Shown in pieces: positions 9,532 to 19,826 of a stretch of DNA of 64,000 nt. Each line of letters opens with the position of its first letter. The stretch's first letter is position 1. The DNA comes from Candidatus Aldehydirespiratoraceae bacterium. GTDB lineage: Bacteria > Actinomycetota > Acidimicrobiia > Acidimicrobiales > Aldehydirespiratoraceae. The position numbers and the translations under genes were made by a program. Under the pieces are notes generated by a model that was given only the letters and a program-made list of their open reading frames with translations, was not told where the DNA came from and ran no database searches. The stretch spans positions 3,212,134 through 3,276,133 of the forward strand of contig CBDFKX010000002.1 of the NCBI GenBank assembly GCA_965249055.1, given 5' to 3'.

Positions 9532-10125
9532 CTAGTCAGCGCGCCGGGTGAGAGCCGCTACCACCGCTATCACCCGCGTCGCGCCGGCGTCTTGGAGTAG
9601 TCGCGCAAGGTAACGCAGGGTCGTCCCCGTCAGTACAACGTCATCGACTAGTACTATCCCGTGGCCACCAACCGGGCTCTTGACCTCATAACCAGCCGCT
9701 TCGACAACAGCGAGCCGCTGCTGTAGTGGAGTGTCCCGTAATCTGGCCGTGGCTTCACCCCGCGTCAGAGCCCCGCACACCCTTGCGCCCATGGCATCGG
9801 CGACGGCACTGGCCAGCGCCGGGACTAGATGTCGGTTGCTGCCATTTCCATTCGGAACTGGAACCACCAATGTGCTGCTCGGAGTATCGCTGACGGTGCC
9901 ACCTGAAGGTGTTTCCAAGTTGTGGGCAAAGTTCGACAACTGCTCTTGGAGCTTGGTCACCGCCGTCTCCGAGTCGTGATCCTTGGCAGCGGCGATCAGT
10001 TCGCCCAGCGGCGTTGGCGAGTTGTTGTCTTCGCACCAATAGGTGCCCATTACGTGAACCCGTTCAAGCACGATGGCTGACCCTAACCAATGAGACATAC
10101 AACAAGTGCGAACTTTTGTAAGCAT
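9532..10125 (-). CDS. ComF-like phosphoribosyltransferase domain protein (start uncertain)
   Basis: LVVPVP and IVLVDDVVLTGTTL PRPP-binding motif. Confidence 0.7.
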   Translation of the reverse strand: MLTKVRTCCMSHWLGSAIVLERVHVMGTYWCEDNNSPTPLGELIAAAKDHDSETAVTKLQEQLSNFAHNLETPSGGTVSDTPSSTLVVPVPNGNGSNRHLVPALASAVADAMGARVCGALTRGEATARLRDTPLQQRLAVVEAAGYEVKSPVGGHGIVLVDDVVLTGTTLRYLARLLQDAGATRVIAVVAALTRRAD

Positions 10126-10254
10126 TATTGCGAAATAAGGTTGTAACTAGAAGGAGTGCTAACTATAGTACGCATGTCGGGTTACAAGAGTTTCTGCTCT
10201 TCACTGACAATCCCCGACAATCCCCCACCCCCCAATATCAATCCAGGAGTCAAA

Positions 10255-10701
10255 ATGTCTGAAGTTCTCGAACGGGTGAAGTCCGCCGCTTACACGTCGG
10301 TCGGAGTCAACCTCTTGGTCACCGACGCAATCGTCGGACGCGAGCTTCCTGCCCCCGAATTCATCGAGGAGCACGCCACTCTCGCCCGCAAACACGCCAC
10401 CAAAGCTCTCAAAGATTTCCGTGCCTTTGCTGAGCCGCGCGCCATCAAACTCACCGAGCAACTGCCCTCGTCGGTCGCCGAAGCAATCACCGACAACCGC
10501 AACAAAGCGTGGGATTTCATCGGCATCGAAGCCCCAGCGGTAGCCACCAAGAGCACGACCACCAAGCGTCCCACCGCCAAGGTGAAAAAGCCAGCCACCA
10601 GCACCAAGACCGCTGCAAAGGCAAGTAAGCCCGCCGCCGCCGCCACGAAGACCGCCGCCGCTGAGTCCGGGAAAACCAATGGCGGCAAAGCCCAAGCCTA
10701 A
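10255..10701 (+). CDS. HBHA/phasin-like protein with Lys/Ala/Thr-rich tail
   Basis: AGGAG RBS; helical N-terminus AAYTSVG; basic KPA/TAAK tail; next to Rv0474-like XRE regulator. Confidence 0.55.
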   Translation: MSEVLERVKSAAYTSVGVNLLVTDAIVGRELPAPEFIEEHATLARKHATKALKDFRAFAEPRAIKLTEQLPSSVAEAITDNRNKAWDFIGIEAPAVATKSTTTKRPTAKVKKPATSTKTAAKASKPAAAATKTAAAESGKTNGGKAQA

Positions 10702-10731
10702 CAGCCGTCAAGTCGTTTCTCAGGTGCCCCA

Positions 10732-11127
10732 GTGGTAACCCGAAGAAACCTCGATCCTCTCAAGGATCTCGGCGAGTACATACGCGAACAACGGCGCCAG
10801 GCCGAGCTCAGCCTTCGCAAACTGGCTGACTTGGCCCAAGTCTCAGATCCCTACCTCTCCCAAATCGAACGGGGTCTCAAGCGTCCTTCTGCAGAAATCC
10901 TCCAACAGATAGCCCGTGCGTTGGAGGTATCTGCGGAGTCACTGTATGTCCGAGCCGGGATCCTTGATGAGGATCGAGACAGCAATTTGATTGCTACTAT
11001 CCGCGCTCAGTCAGATCTGACCACAGAGCAGAAACAAGTCCTCATCAGGATCTATCGCTCGTTCCTTTTGGAAAACGAAGAACCGGACCCCGACACCGAC
11101 GAAGCACCAACCGAAGAGGAGTTATGA
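10732..11127 (+). CDS. XRE-family HTH regulator (Rv0474-like)
   Basis: LGEYIREQR..SLRKLA..YLSQIERGLKRPSAEIL. Confidence 0.9.
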   Translation: MVTRRNLDPLKDLGEYIREQRRQAELSLRKLADLAQVSDPYLSQIERGLKRPSAEILQQIARALEVSAESLYVRAGILDEDRDSNLIATIRAQSDLTTEQKQVLIRIYRSFLLENEEPDPDTDEAPTEEEL

Positions 11128-11529
11128 CCCGCCGGCGGGCATCTCGGGCGTGCCGTAGCCCCCGTCCACTACACCCTCGGTAAAGAACGTTTCCCACATC
11201 AGGCCATGCGGGTCCGTGACCCACGATTTGTGTTGAAGTTGGTAGCCGCACACCAGGTCGTCTTGGTCGGCGCGAGCCATTCCTGCCGTGTCGATGTGGT
11301 CCCGCATCTCTTCGAGTTCGTCCTGGCTATCAACTTGGATCCCGTAGTGCGCCGAACCAGCCTCACCCTCGCCATGGGTGTCTAGCGAGAAGTTGACTCG
11401 GGGATCCTCAAGCATCCACTTGGCATAGTCATCGCGTCTGAGGGTGGGCTCAACCCCGAACAATCGCGTGTAGAACTCGACGCTCTCGTCAAGGTCGTCA
11501 ACCTGCAATCCGATGTGCATGCGCCGCAA
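11122..11529 (-). CDS. ArsI/CadI-family VOC metalloenzyme
   Basis: YAKWMLEDPRVNF, HYGIQV, KSWVTDP..WETF. Confidence 0.8.
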   Translation of the reverse strand: MRRMHIGLQVDDLDESVEFYTRLFGVEPTLRRDDYAKWMLEDPRVNFSLDTHGEGEAGSAHYGIQVDSQDELEEMRDHIDTAGMARADQDDLVCGYQLQHKSWVTDPHGLMWETFFTEGVVDGGYGTPEMPAGGS

Positions 11530-11596
11530 CTGAGTCTCCTATTTGGCCGGTCGCCTACCTTCACTCGGCCAAGACTAGGCCCTAACCTGCCAGTTG

Positions 11597-12415
11597 ATGA
11601 AGCGTGTCGCGCCCGAACTGTTGTTTATGTCAGGTGCGGTATCGCAGTATCTGGGCGCAGTCGTAGCGGTGGGGTTGTTTGCGGAACTCTCTCCCGGGGG
11701 AACCGCGTGGCTACGGGTGTTGGGGGCTGCCGCGATAATCGTCATTCTTCGCCGGTCCTGGCGTCGCAGTTGGAATCCCGAAGCACTATGGAACGCCGCC
11801 AAGTTCGGGGTGGCGCTGGCAGCGATGAACCTGTCGTTTTATCTGGCGATTGACGAACTACCGCTGGGCAATGCCGTTGCTATCGAGTTTCTCGGACCAC
11901 TCACAGTGGCCGCGATCGGCACCCGAACCCTGCGCGCCGGCGGCGCGCTGATGTTGGCAGTGGTGGGCGTGGTGATATTGGCTGGCGTGGAGGCCGAGGG
12001 CACGGTTCGCGGAGTGAGCTTCGCCCTGCTGGCTGGCTTCTTTTGGGCAATGTATATAGTGCTCGGCCATCGTGTAGCACGCAGCCCGGCAGCAATCGAC
12101 GGTTTGGGCCTTGGGATGCTTGCAGGCGCGATAGCGATCAGCCCCTTCGGAGTGCCCGATGTGACTCCGGCGCTGGAAACACCTTGGCTATTAGTCCTCG
12201 GTCTGGCCACTGGTTTGCTGTCAAACGTAATCCCTTACCGAATCGACCAGACCGTCATGCAACAAATCGACCAACGTCGTTTCGCTCTGCTGCAAGCGAT
12301 GCTACCTGTAACCGCCACGCTGGTCGGCTTAATCTTCCTGGTGCAGGTGCCAAGCCTGCGTGACCTAGCCGGCATCACCTTGGTAATCGTCTCCATTGCC
12401 TTCAGCCGCTCCTGA
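11597..12415 (+). CDS. EamA/RhtA-family transporter
   Basis: MNLSFYLAIDELPLGNAVAIEFLGPL; multiple TM helices. Confidence 0.85.
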   Translation: MKRVAPELLFMSGAVSQYLGAVVAVGLFAELSPGGTAWLRVLGAAAIIVILRRSWRRSWNPEALWNAAKFGVALAAMNLSFYLAIDELPLGNAVAIEFLGPLTVAAIGTRTLRAGGALMLAVVGVVILAGVEAEGTVRGVSFALLAGFFWAMYIVLGHRVARSPAAIDGLGLGMLAGAIAISPFGVPDVTPALETPWLLVLGLATGLLSNVIPYRIDQTVMQQIDQRRFALLQAMLPVTATLVGLIFLVQVPSLRDLAGITLVIVSIAFSRS

Positions 12416-12496
12416 GGTCACAAGATCAACAACGGTCGGCGGATACTTAGACTGCGGGGGCGAACAGCTTTGCGACTCTGGCGATGGGAGACAGAC

Positions 12497-13924
12497 GTGA
12501 ACACGGGATTGCTGATTGGTGGGGAGCGCGTCGATGGTGCTGAAGGCGAACGGATCGTGGTGCTCAACCCCGCTACCAGCGAGCCGATCACCGATGTTGC
12601 TGCTGGAACGCCAAACGACGCCTCACACGCGGTGGAAGTAGCAGCCGAGGCACAACAGGTTGGGCGAAAACAGCGCCGCGTGTCCGGTCAGAGATCTTGC
12701 GGGCAGCTTGGCAATCGATGGTGGACCACACTGAGGAGCTAGCTGCACTCATCGTCACCGAACACGGCAAACCGCTCGCCGACGCCAAGGGTGAAGTCGC
12801 ATACGCTGCGGAGTTCTTCAGATGGAGCGCCGAGGAAACGGTGCGCATTCAAGGGTCTCTTGGCACGTCGCCGGGCGGCGACAAGAAAATAATCGTGCAT
12901 CACCCGCCCATGGGAGTGGTGGTCATGGTCACGCCTTGGAACTTCCCGGCCGCCATGATCACCCGCAAATTGGCCCCCGCCCTCGGCGCCGGCAACGCAG
13001 TGGTCATCAAACCGCCCCGCGAAACACCCCTGACCGCACTTCGTATCGGTGAACTCCTAGAGGACGTGGGACTACCACCAGGGCTGGTCAACATCGTGGC
13101 GACATCGAACTCTGGGGCGTGGTTCGACGCGGCGGTGGACAACATCCACACCCGCATGGTTTCGTTCACTGGTTCCACCGAAGTAGGCAGGGTGCTGCTG
13201 CGCCGTTGCGCGGACCGTGTGCTCAAGACCGTGATGGAACTCGGAGGCAATGCCCCCTTCGTCGTGTTCAACGACGCCGATCTCGAAGCCGCCGTCGAGG
13301 GCGCCATGGTCGCCAAAATGAGGCACTCGGCGGAAACCTGCACAGCCGCAAATCGCTTCTACGTGGAGTCCGGTATTGCCCCAGAATTCACTTCTGCACT
13401 CGCTGAGGCCATGGGCGCTGTCAAGATCGGCAGTGGTTTTGACGAGTCGGTCACGTGCGGGCCCATGATCAACGAGCGTGCCATTGAAGACATCGACGGG
13501 TTGGTGAAAGGGGCGGTCGCCGCCGGTGCTCACGCGGTTATCGGAGGTGGGCCGGTCGAGGGTCCCGGTTTCTTTTATGAGCCGACGGTTTTGGAAGGAG
13601 TCGATCATGGTTTTCCGATCGCTCGGGAGGAGATCTTCGGGCCGGTCGCTCCGGTAATCCCTTTCGACGACACCGACGCCATGATCGATCAGGCAAACGA
13701 CACCGAGATGGGACTCACCGGCTACGTCTACACCCGCGACCTGGCCCGCGGGCTACGGGTCAGCGAACGCATCCACGCTGGGATGATCGGTCTCAACCGA
13801 GGCGCGGTGTCTGACCCAGCCGCTCCTTTCGGGGGCATGAAGCAATCAGGTCTGGGCCGCGAAGGGGCCAGCGAGGGGATCTACGAGTTCTGTGAAACTC
13901 AGTACATCGCCACCAAACTGGTGA
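12497..13924 (+). pseudogene. gabD: NAD(P)-dependent succinate-semialdehyde dehydrogenase, frameshifted
   Basis: ALDH motifs TPWNFP, FTGSTEVG, MELGGNAP, EEIFGP; 1-nt loss near 12658 and extra A near 13916 hiding ATNW-TGA end. Confidence 0.7.
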
Positions 13925-13962
13925 CTCGGTCTGGCCAACGATTCCGTTGGCTGAACGAGGAC

Positions 13963-15387
13963 TTACCCCAATACGAAACGCTGGAGTTCTTCGTCAAACA
14001 CGAACAACGCCGTGCCTGCGTCGATGTAGTCGCGCTTGCCTGGGCCCAGGGAACCACCGAGCACACCAGTAACGGTGAACGCTCCGATCTCATCTGCCGC
14101 GGCGTCAAAGGAGTCGTTGGTGAGGTCAGGGCCAGCGAGTTCGGCTATCGCCTTGAAGAGCTCTAGTGCTTGACAGGAGCGAACGATCAGACCGACCACG
14201 CCGGTTCGCAGATCCTCCGGGCGCAACTCGACAGGGGCGTCGTCGTCGAACGCGTTGTCGAAGGTGTCGATGCATTCCTTCACGCCGGCCTGACCAGCTT
14301 CATACAAGGCCGCGTTGTCCGCCGGGACGATGGCGATTGAACCGACGAGCGCTTCGGCCCCATAGCCGAAGCCCTCAAGCAGGCCAAGGTCAGTACCCGG
14401 AGTGTCGGTTATGACATACGCGCCATCCCAACCGTTGCGCGACAACGCGCCAGTGGTCGGAACTGCCGCACCGGGCACGGCAACCACCGCATCGGCACCT
14501 TCCGACGCCCATCTCTCAAAGTTGACATCCATCTCATTGTCAATAGCGAACTGATCGGACGACGGACTCTGAAAGTTCGTAACCGACACAACTTCGATAC
14601 CAGCGTCCCCCAAGATCTGGCTCATCGTGTCGGCCAACTCGATTGTGGTTGGGGTCGCCGACAGCGCGACCTTGCGATCTTGGAGCCGACCCGAGTCGAT
14701 CAGCGTCGCTAGTTGCGCCTCTACGGAGCGCTCGGCAAGGGGAAGGAAACCGATCATGGGGGCCACAGACTGTTCGAAGATCGAGGGCAGCGTCTGGTAC
14801 GTGTTTATTGTGATTGTGTCGTGCAGCAGCGTGTAGCACAGCGGAGTCTCATTGCGGATAACGCCCATCGCAACAAACACTTCTTCGTCTTCGGTGAGTT
14901 CAACACACGCTGCTTCTTGGGCCACCGCGTCGACAGGACTCACGCCGATCGTCACAAGTTCGATCATGCGACCAAGCACACCGCCTTGCGAGTTGATCGT
15001 GTCCGCCGCCACCTGCCAGATCAAGGTTGCTTCGTGGCTCGGTTCCCAACCAATAAAGGTCACGTCCGAATAGGGCACACCGATCTTGATGCTCTCGGCG
15101 GTGACTCCCCGATGCGAAGCAGTCAACACGATGGGTGCTTCGGTCGTTGTCGTGGGTGCCGCCGTCGTCGTGGGTGTCTCTTCTTCTTCGGCCGCGGGCG
15201 CCTCGGTGGTTGCGGGCGCTTCAGTTGTCTCGGGCGCCTCAGTGGTTGCAGGTGCCTCGGTCGTAGTGGTCTGGTCGCTCGTCTCACCGCCGTCGTCGTC
15301 ACCGCCGCACGCGGCAGCGAGCAGTGCGAGCGCTAGCAAGACGATGACTACGGGATTCCGGCGTGGACGACGCGGGTTTTTGGACAT
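13963..15387 (-). CDS. ABC substrate-binding lipoprotein (PBP1/Liv-like)
   Basis: Lipobox LAAAC, TTEAP linker repeats, RGVTAESIKIG, INSQGGVLGR. Confidence 0.8.
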   Translation of the reverse strand: MSKNPRRPRRNPVVIVLLALALLAAACGGDDDGGETSDQTTTTEAPATTEAPETTEAPATTEAPAAEEEETPTTTAAPTTTTEAPIVLTASHRGVTAESIKIGVPYSDVTFIGWEPSHEATLIWQVAADTINSQGGVLGRMIELVTIGVSPVDAVAQEAACVELTEDEEVFVAMGVIRNETPLCYTLLHDTITINTYQTLPSIFEQSVAPMIGFLPLAERSVEAQLATLIDSGRLQDRKVALSATPTTIELADTMSQILGDAGIEVVSVTNFQSPSSDQFAIDNEMDVNFERWASEGADAVVAVPGAAVPTTGALSRNGWDGAYVITDTPGTDLGLLEGFGYGAEALVGSIAIVPADNAALYEAGQAGVKECIDTFDNAFDDDAPVELRPEDLRTGVVGLIVRSCQALELFKAIAELAGPDLTNDSFDAAADEIGAFTVTGVLGGSLGPGKRDYIDAGTALFVFDEELQRFVLG

Positions 15388-15586
15388 TTTTCCCCCAAGT
15401 TGAAATGTCGGAGCCGACTCGGCATCAGGAGCCTAGCCCATTACTATGATTGGCGAAAGTCACAATCTTCCTAACTGAGAACTACGTTTCCGCTCCAGTC
15501 TGAATTGAGTCAATCTGACCGGTACCGACCGTTCAATGGCAGGTCTGGCCCAGGCATATAGCATGAAGCCGCCCGAATGCCGGAGA

Positions 15587-16702
15587 CTAGTGGTCTGTCG
15601 CGGATTTGGTTGGGTGGTTGAGGGCGGCGCGGCCTCGGCGGACTTTGGTGATGATTTCTTCGGCGGTTCGGTGCCAGATGAAGGGTTTGGGGTTTTGGTT
15701 CCAGTGGGCGGTCCAGGTTTCGATGGCGTCGATGAGTTCGTTCACGCTGGTGAAGCTGTCGCGGCGTAGTCGTTTGTCGGTGAGTTCTTTGAACCAGCGT
15801 TCGACGAGGTTCAGCCACGACGCGGAGGTGGGCGTGTAGTGGATGTGCCAGCGGTCCTTGCGCCGGGGGCCTTGGAGCCACTTCGTGACGTTTTCGTGTT
15901 TGTGCGCCGCGTAGTTGTCGATGACGAGGTGCACATCCAACTCGGCGGGGACGTGGCGTTCGATCAGTTTCAGGAATCCCAGGAACTCCTGGTGGCGGTG
16001 CCGGGGCCGGCAGTCGGTGAGAACCTCGCCGGTCGCGGCGTTCAGCGCGGCGAACAGCGTCGTCGTGCCGTGGCGCTTGTAATCGTGGGTCATCGCGACC
16101 GCGCGACCGCGCGTCAGCGGCAGCGACGGCTGGGACCGCTCCAGGGCCTGACACTGGGACTTCTCGTCCACGCACAACACCACCGCGGACTCCGGGGGAT
16201 CCAGGTACAACCCGACGACATCGACGAGTTTGGCCTCGAAGTGCAGATCGTTGGACAACTTGAACGTCTCCACCCGCCACGGGCGCAACTCCCGCGCCCG
16301 CCACAGACGCGCCACCGTGTCCTTCCCAACACCGTGGCGCGCCGCCATGGCCCGCGTCGACCAATGCGTCGCGCCACCCGCCGGGCGCCCCCCCAACGTG
16401 TCCGCCGCGATCGCCTCGACGACCTCAGCGGGAATCTCCGGCTTGCGCCCCCGCCCCGGACGCACCCGACCCACCGCCGCGACACCGTCGGCGGCGAACC
16501 GAACCCGCCACGCCCGCACCGTGTCGGTCTTCACCCCCACCGCACGAGCGATCGCCCCGTTCGCCACCCCGTCGGCGGCCATCACCAACGCCGACGCCTG
16601 ACGCACCTGCCGATACGGCAACGAATCCGACCGCGCCATCACCTCCAACTCCTCACGATGCTCAACCGACATCTCCAACGGGGGCGCAATCACCACAGGC
16701 AT
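15587..16702 (-). CDS. IS630 transposase
   Basis: CVDEKS, HDYKRHGT, IDNYAAH, SWLNLVERWF DDE motifs. Confidence 0.93.
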   Translation of the reverse strand: MPVVIAPPLEMSVEHREELEVMARSDSLPYRQVRQASALVMAADGVANGAIARAVGVKTDTVRAWRVRFAADGVAAVGRVRPGRGRKPEIPAEVVEAIAADTLGGRPAGGATHWSTRAMAARHGVGKDTVARLWRARELRPWRVETFKLSNDLHFEAKLVDVVGLYLDPPESAVVLCVDEKSQCQALERSQPSLPLTRGRAVAMTHDYKRHGTTTLFAALNAATGEVLTDCRPRHRHQEFLGFLKLIERHVPAELDVHLVIDNYAAHKHENVTKWLQGPRRKDRWHIHYTPTSASWLNLVERWFKELTDKRLRRDSFTSVNELIDAIETWTAHWNQNPKPFIWHRTAEEIITKVRRGRAALNHPTKSATDH

Positions 16703-16745
16703 ACCCAACCCTAACCCACCCAACCATTTGAGCGACGGACCACTA
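15588..16745 (-). mobile_element. IS630-family insertion sequence, complete
   Basis: Inverted ends TAGTGGTCTGTCGC / GCGACGGACCACTA; CTAG at 15587 and 16743 (TA duplication). Confidence 0.92.
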
Positions 16746-16750
16746 GGAAT

Positions 16751-18460
16751 GTGACTTCTATGTTGAGAAACGAGCACAACGGGTTCCGTTGGACTGCAAT
16801 CCTGATAGCGCTGGTCTTGCTGGCCGCCGCGTGTGGCGGCGACGAGCAAGACGACCAACCCCTCGTTGAACCCAGCCAACCCCTCGATGAATCGACCGAC
16901 GAGGCCGCGACTTCCACGACCTCGAATCCATCAAGCGAACCCACCTCGGTGGTGATCGGCTTGGAGCAGGAACTCACCAACTTCAACAACCTGACCGCTG
17001 GCGACAACCTCCTGGCCGGCCGACAGATCATCCGGGCTGTCTGGCCGACATGCGTTCGCACTCTTCCAAACTCGACCTTCGAGCCGCACTTCTGCGAGTC
17101 GCTGCCGACCATCGTCAACGAAGACCCATTAGTGGTGGAGTACAAACTGCGCGCCGACGCCAACTGGAGCGATGGCACCCCCGTCAGCTCTGACGACCTG
17201 GTTTTCTACTTTGAGAACTGCAACGAGCCCTCAGACGACTGCGCCGCCACTGCTGGTTTCGACAGCGCCGAACTTGAGGTGGTGGACGACAAGACCGTAC
17301 GGCTGAGCTGGCCTTAGGGTCAGCCCTTCGTGGAGTACATCGCACTGTTCTCCGGTCCGTTTCCGCCCGCGCACCTGGGCCTGGACTGGACCGAGGGTTT
17401 CCAGGAGGATCCCATCTTGGCCGCCGGCCCTTATCAGGTCGACGAATACAATCCGGGCAGCGATATGACTTTGGTGCCCAACCCCACCTGGTTCGGCGAC
17501 GGCCCCCACATCGACGAAGTCACGTTCCGTTTCATCAGCGATGTCGGCAACCTTCCACTCGCCCTTGAAAATGGCGAGGTTGATGTGATCTACCCCCAAC
17601 CCCAGGTCGACTTGGATGATCAGATCGCCGGTCTCGACAGCGTGGCTTCCACGATCACCTTCGGACCCACTTGGGAGCACATCACGTTCAACACCGCGAC
17701 GGTGTCCCCCGAGGTTCGGCGTGCTGTCGCTCTGGCGTTGGACCGCGAACTTATCGTGGCCGCACTGATGCGCCCCTTTTCTGATAGTGCGGAGCCGCTT
17801 GGCAATAGGGTCTACATGAACGGTCAAGCACAGTACCAGGACAACACCCCTGCGGAGTTTCGCACTCGGGATGTCGCCGCAGCCCGAGCCGCGTTGGAAC
17901 AGGGCGGCTGGACCGCGGGTGACGACGGGGTCTACACCATGGACGGGAGACGTCTGAGCCTGCGGATTCGCACCACTGGCGGGAATCCCCGCCGAGAACA
18001 GTTCCAAGAACTCGTGCAGAACCAACTTGGAGGAGCGGGGATCAAGATCACCATCGACAACTTGCCCGGCGGAGAGATATTCGGCCCGGTGTTCGGTTCC
18101 GAGAACGACCCACCAGGCCCTCCAGGTGATTTCGACCTTGTGATTTTCGCCTGGGTTGGCGGACCCCTTCCTGCCAGTTCGACCCTGCAGGCATTTGGAA
18201 CCGGTAGCGACGCCAATCCCGGCGCTTACGTCGATGACCAGGTCAACGACTTGTTGACCGAAGCCACATTCACCTTGGACCTTGATCGGCAAGCCGAATT
18301 GCTCAACCAAGCCGACGCTTTGATGTGGCAGTCCCTGCCGAGCGTTCCTGTCTACCAGCTTCCCTTCTTATTGGCGTGGAACGACGCCCTCGACAATCTC
18401 GAGGACAATCCCACCCTGGAGAGCTTCACCTGGAACCTGGAGGAGTGGACCATCTCCTAA
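16751..18460 (+). pseudogene. peptide ABC substrate-binding protein (OppA family) with in-frame TAG
   Basis: Lipobox LAAAC, WSDGTPV, GPY; TAG 17315-17317 joins ORFs 16751 and 17330 in the same frame. Confidence 0.8.
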
Positions 18461-18499
18461 CCCGCCACCCAGCATCCAGCGATATAAAGTTGCGGGTCA

Positions 18500-18895
18500 G
18501 TGCTCGCCTACGCAACACGCAAGCTGCTGATTTCAATACCAGTCTTGTTCTTCGCGACCTTGGTGGCGTTCCTGCTGGTTGCGACCGTAGATCCAATCGC
18601 CGAGCGGCGGGTCTTCTTGTTGTCTCAACCCGGCGGCGCTGAGCAGGTCGCCCGTCTCGAAGCCTCTCTCGGCTTGGACAAGCCATTGATCGAGCGTTAC
18701 GGAAGCTGGGTGAGCGACCTGATTCACGGAGACATGGGCTCCTCCAGCGAGAATGGCCGTGCAGTCACGACGCTGCTGGGCGAAGCCGTTCCGGTGACGA
18801 TGCGGTTAGTGGTCGCCGCCACTGTGATCTCGGTGATATTCGGGGTGGCCATCGGAGTGATCAGCGCGGTGCGCAAATACAGCGTTTTCGACAAT
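18500..18895 (+). pseudogene. OppB/DppB permease, 3'-truncated
   Basis: LGLDKPLIERY..GDMG..GVISAVRKYSVFDN followed by unrelated sequence. Confidence 0.75.
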
Positions 18896-18977
18896 GGGCA
18901 GACGAAGCCTCGGCGATCATCGATGTGGCGAACACCGGTAACACCGAACACCGCAGTGTGATCGCGTGGGGGTTCAG

Positions 18978-19122
18978 GTCGGAGGGGCGACACAAACCCC
19001 AAGTACATGGAACCCGTGGACCGGCGCCTACGAGGCTGCCTGAGGCAAAGCCCCTGGTCACGAGCACAGCCCTTAACCCACGCCACCGGAGCCGATGGCT
19101 CACGCTGGCGGCACCGGCGTGA
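18978..19122 (+). repeat. att-like/recombinase-tail motif copy A (plus second tail A2)
   Basis: GTCGGAGGGGCGACACAAACCCCAAGTACA similar to 41668; CCCTTAACCCACGCCAC 19070-19086 identical to 43075-43091. Confidence 0.6.
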
Positions 19123-19133
19123 CTCCCTGGTCG

Positions 19134-19451
19134 TCAGCAGTCCGCAAGCGCACGTAGTGCTCGGCAGATCTCGTCGACTTCCTCGATCTGGAGTTCGCCG
19201 GCCCGCTGCGTGAGAAACGAACGCCGTATCGGCTGCAGGTTGTCAAACGACGCCACACACTCCTCAGGGAGCCCGTGACTCGCGCTGAGTCGGACCTCCG
19301 TCGGAATCTGGCGAATGGTACGAGTCACTGGCGCGACGATGACCCACGTCAGCACTGGCACCGCATCGCTGCGTGTCACGATCAACACCGGTCGCCGTTT
19401 GTCCTCGGCTTCGGCCCACCAGACCTCGCCCTGCGTCGGCGTCACGCTCAC
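19134..19451 (-). CDS. mazF: MazF/PemK toxin
   Basis: QGEVWWA..KRRPVLIV..VAPVT..FDNLQ; GTGA overlap with antitoxin. Confidence 0.85.
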   Translation of the reverse strand: MSVTPTQGEVWWAEAEDKRRPVLIVTRSDAVPVLTWVIVAPVTRTIRQIPTEVRLSASHGLPEECVASFDNLQPIRRSFLTQRAGELQIEEVDEICRALRALADC

Positions 19452-19696
19452 CAAGGTTCCTCGGCGATCATCCGCACGGAAGACTCATCCGCCCACGCGA
19501 CCTCGGCGTCGCCTTGCGGACGCTCTCGATATCCGCGGGCGATTCGCGCCCCGATCTCATCGCGACGGCAGCGGTCGACAAGCTGTTCGAGACCAAGCCG
19601 CACCGCCTCGGAACGACTCGCAACGACTCCAGCCTCTACGAGCTGATCGACCGCAGCCGCAAGGTCGTCCTCTACCCGGGTCACCAGTTGCGCCAT
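19448..19696 (-). CDS. RHH/CopG antitoxin (MazE-like)
   Basis: MAQLVTRVEDDL..SRSEAVR..GYRERPQ..MIAEEPW. Confidence 0.8.
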   Translation of the reverse strand: MAQLVTRVEDDLAAAVDQLVEAGVVASRSEAVRLGLEQLVDRCRRDEIGARIARGYRERPQGDAEVAWADESSVRMIAEEPW

Positions 19697-19714
19697 GCAA
19701 ATAGCATAGATAAT

Positions 19715-19735
19715 TGCAATGCGTTTCGCAATGCA
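19715..19735. promoter_or_regulatory. imperfect palindrome, probable mazEF operator
   Basis: TGCAATGCG-TTT-CGCAATGCA (8/9) just upstream of antitoxin ATG. Confidence 0.45.
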
Positions 19736-19826
19736 CGCCAGCCACGACACAATATTCGGCCCCAACACGCATCGCGACACCCTCGCCGCCGCCCACCCTT
19801 CCGCCAACGCAACAGAGCCTGCGGCT

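Noticed and set aside
15140-15270. Repeats encoding TTEAP
   Set aside because: Ordinary low-complexity lipoprotein linker.
17315-17317. In-frame TAG as pyrrolysine or programmed readthrough
   Set aside because: Non-catalytic position in an operon already broken by IS630 and truncation; a simple nonsense change explains it.
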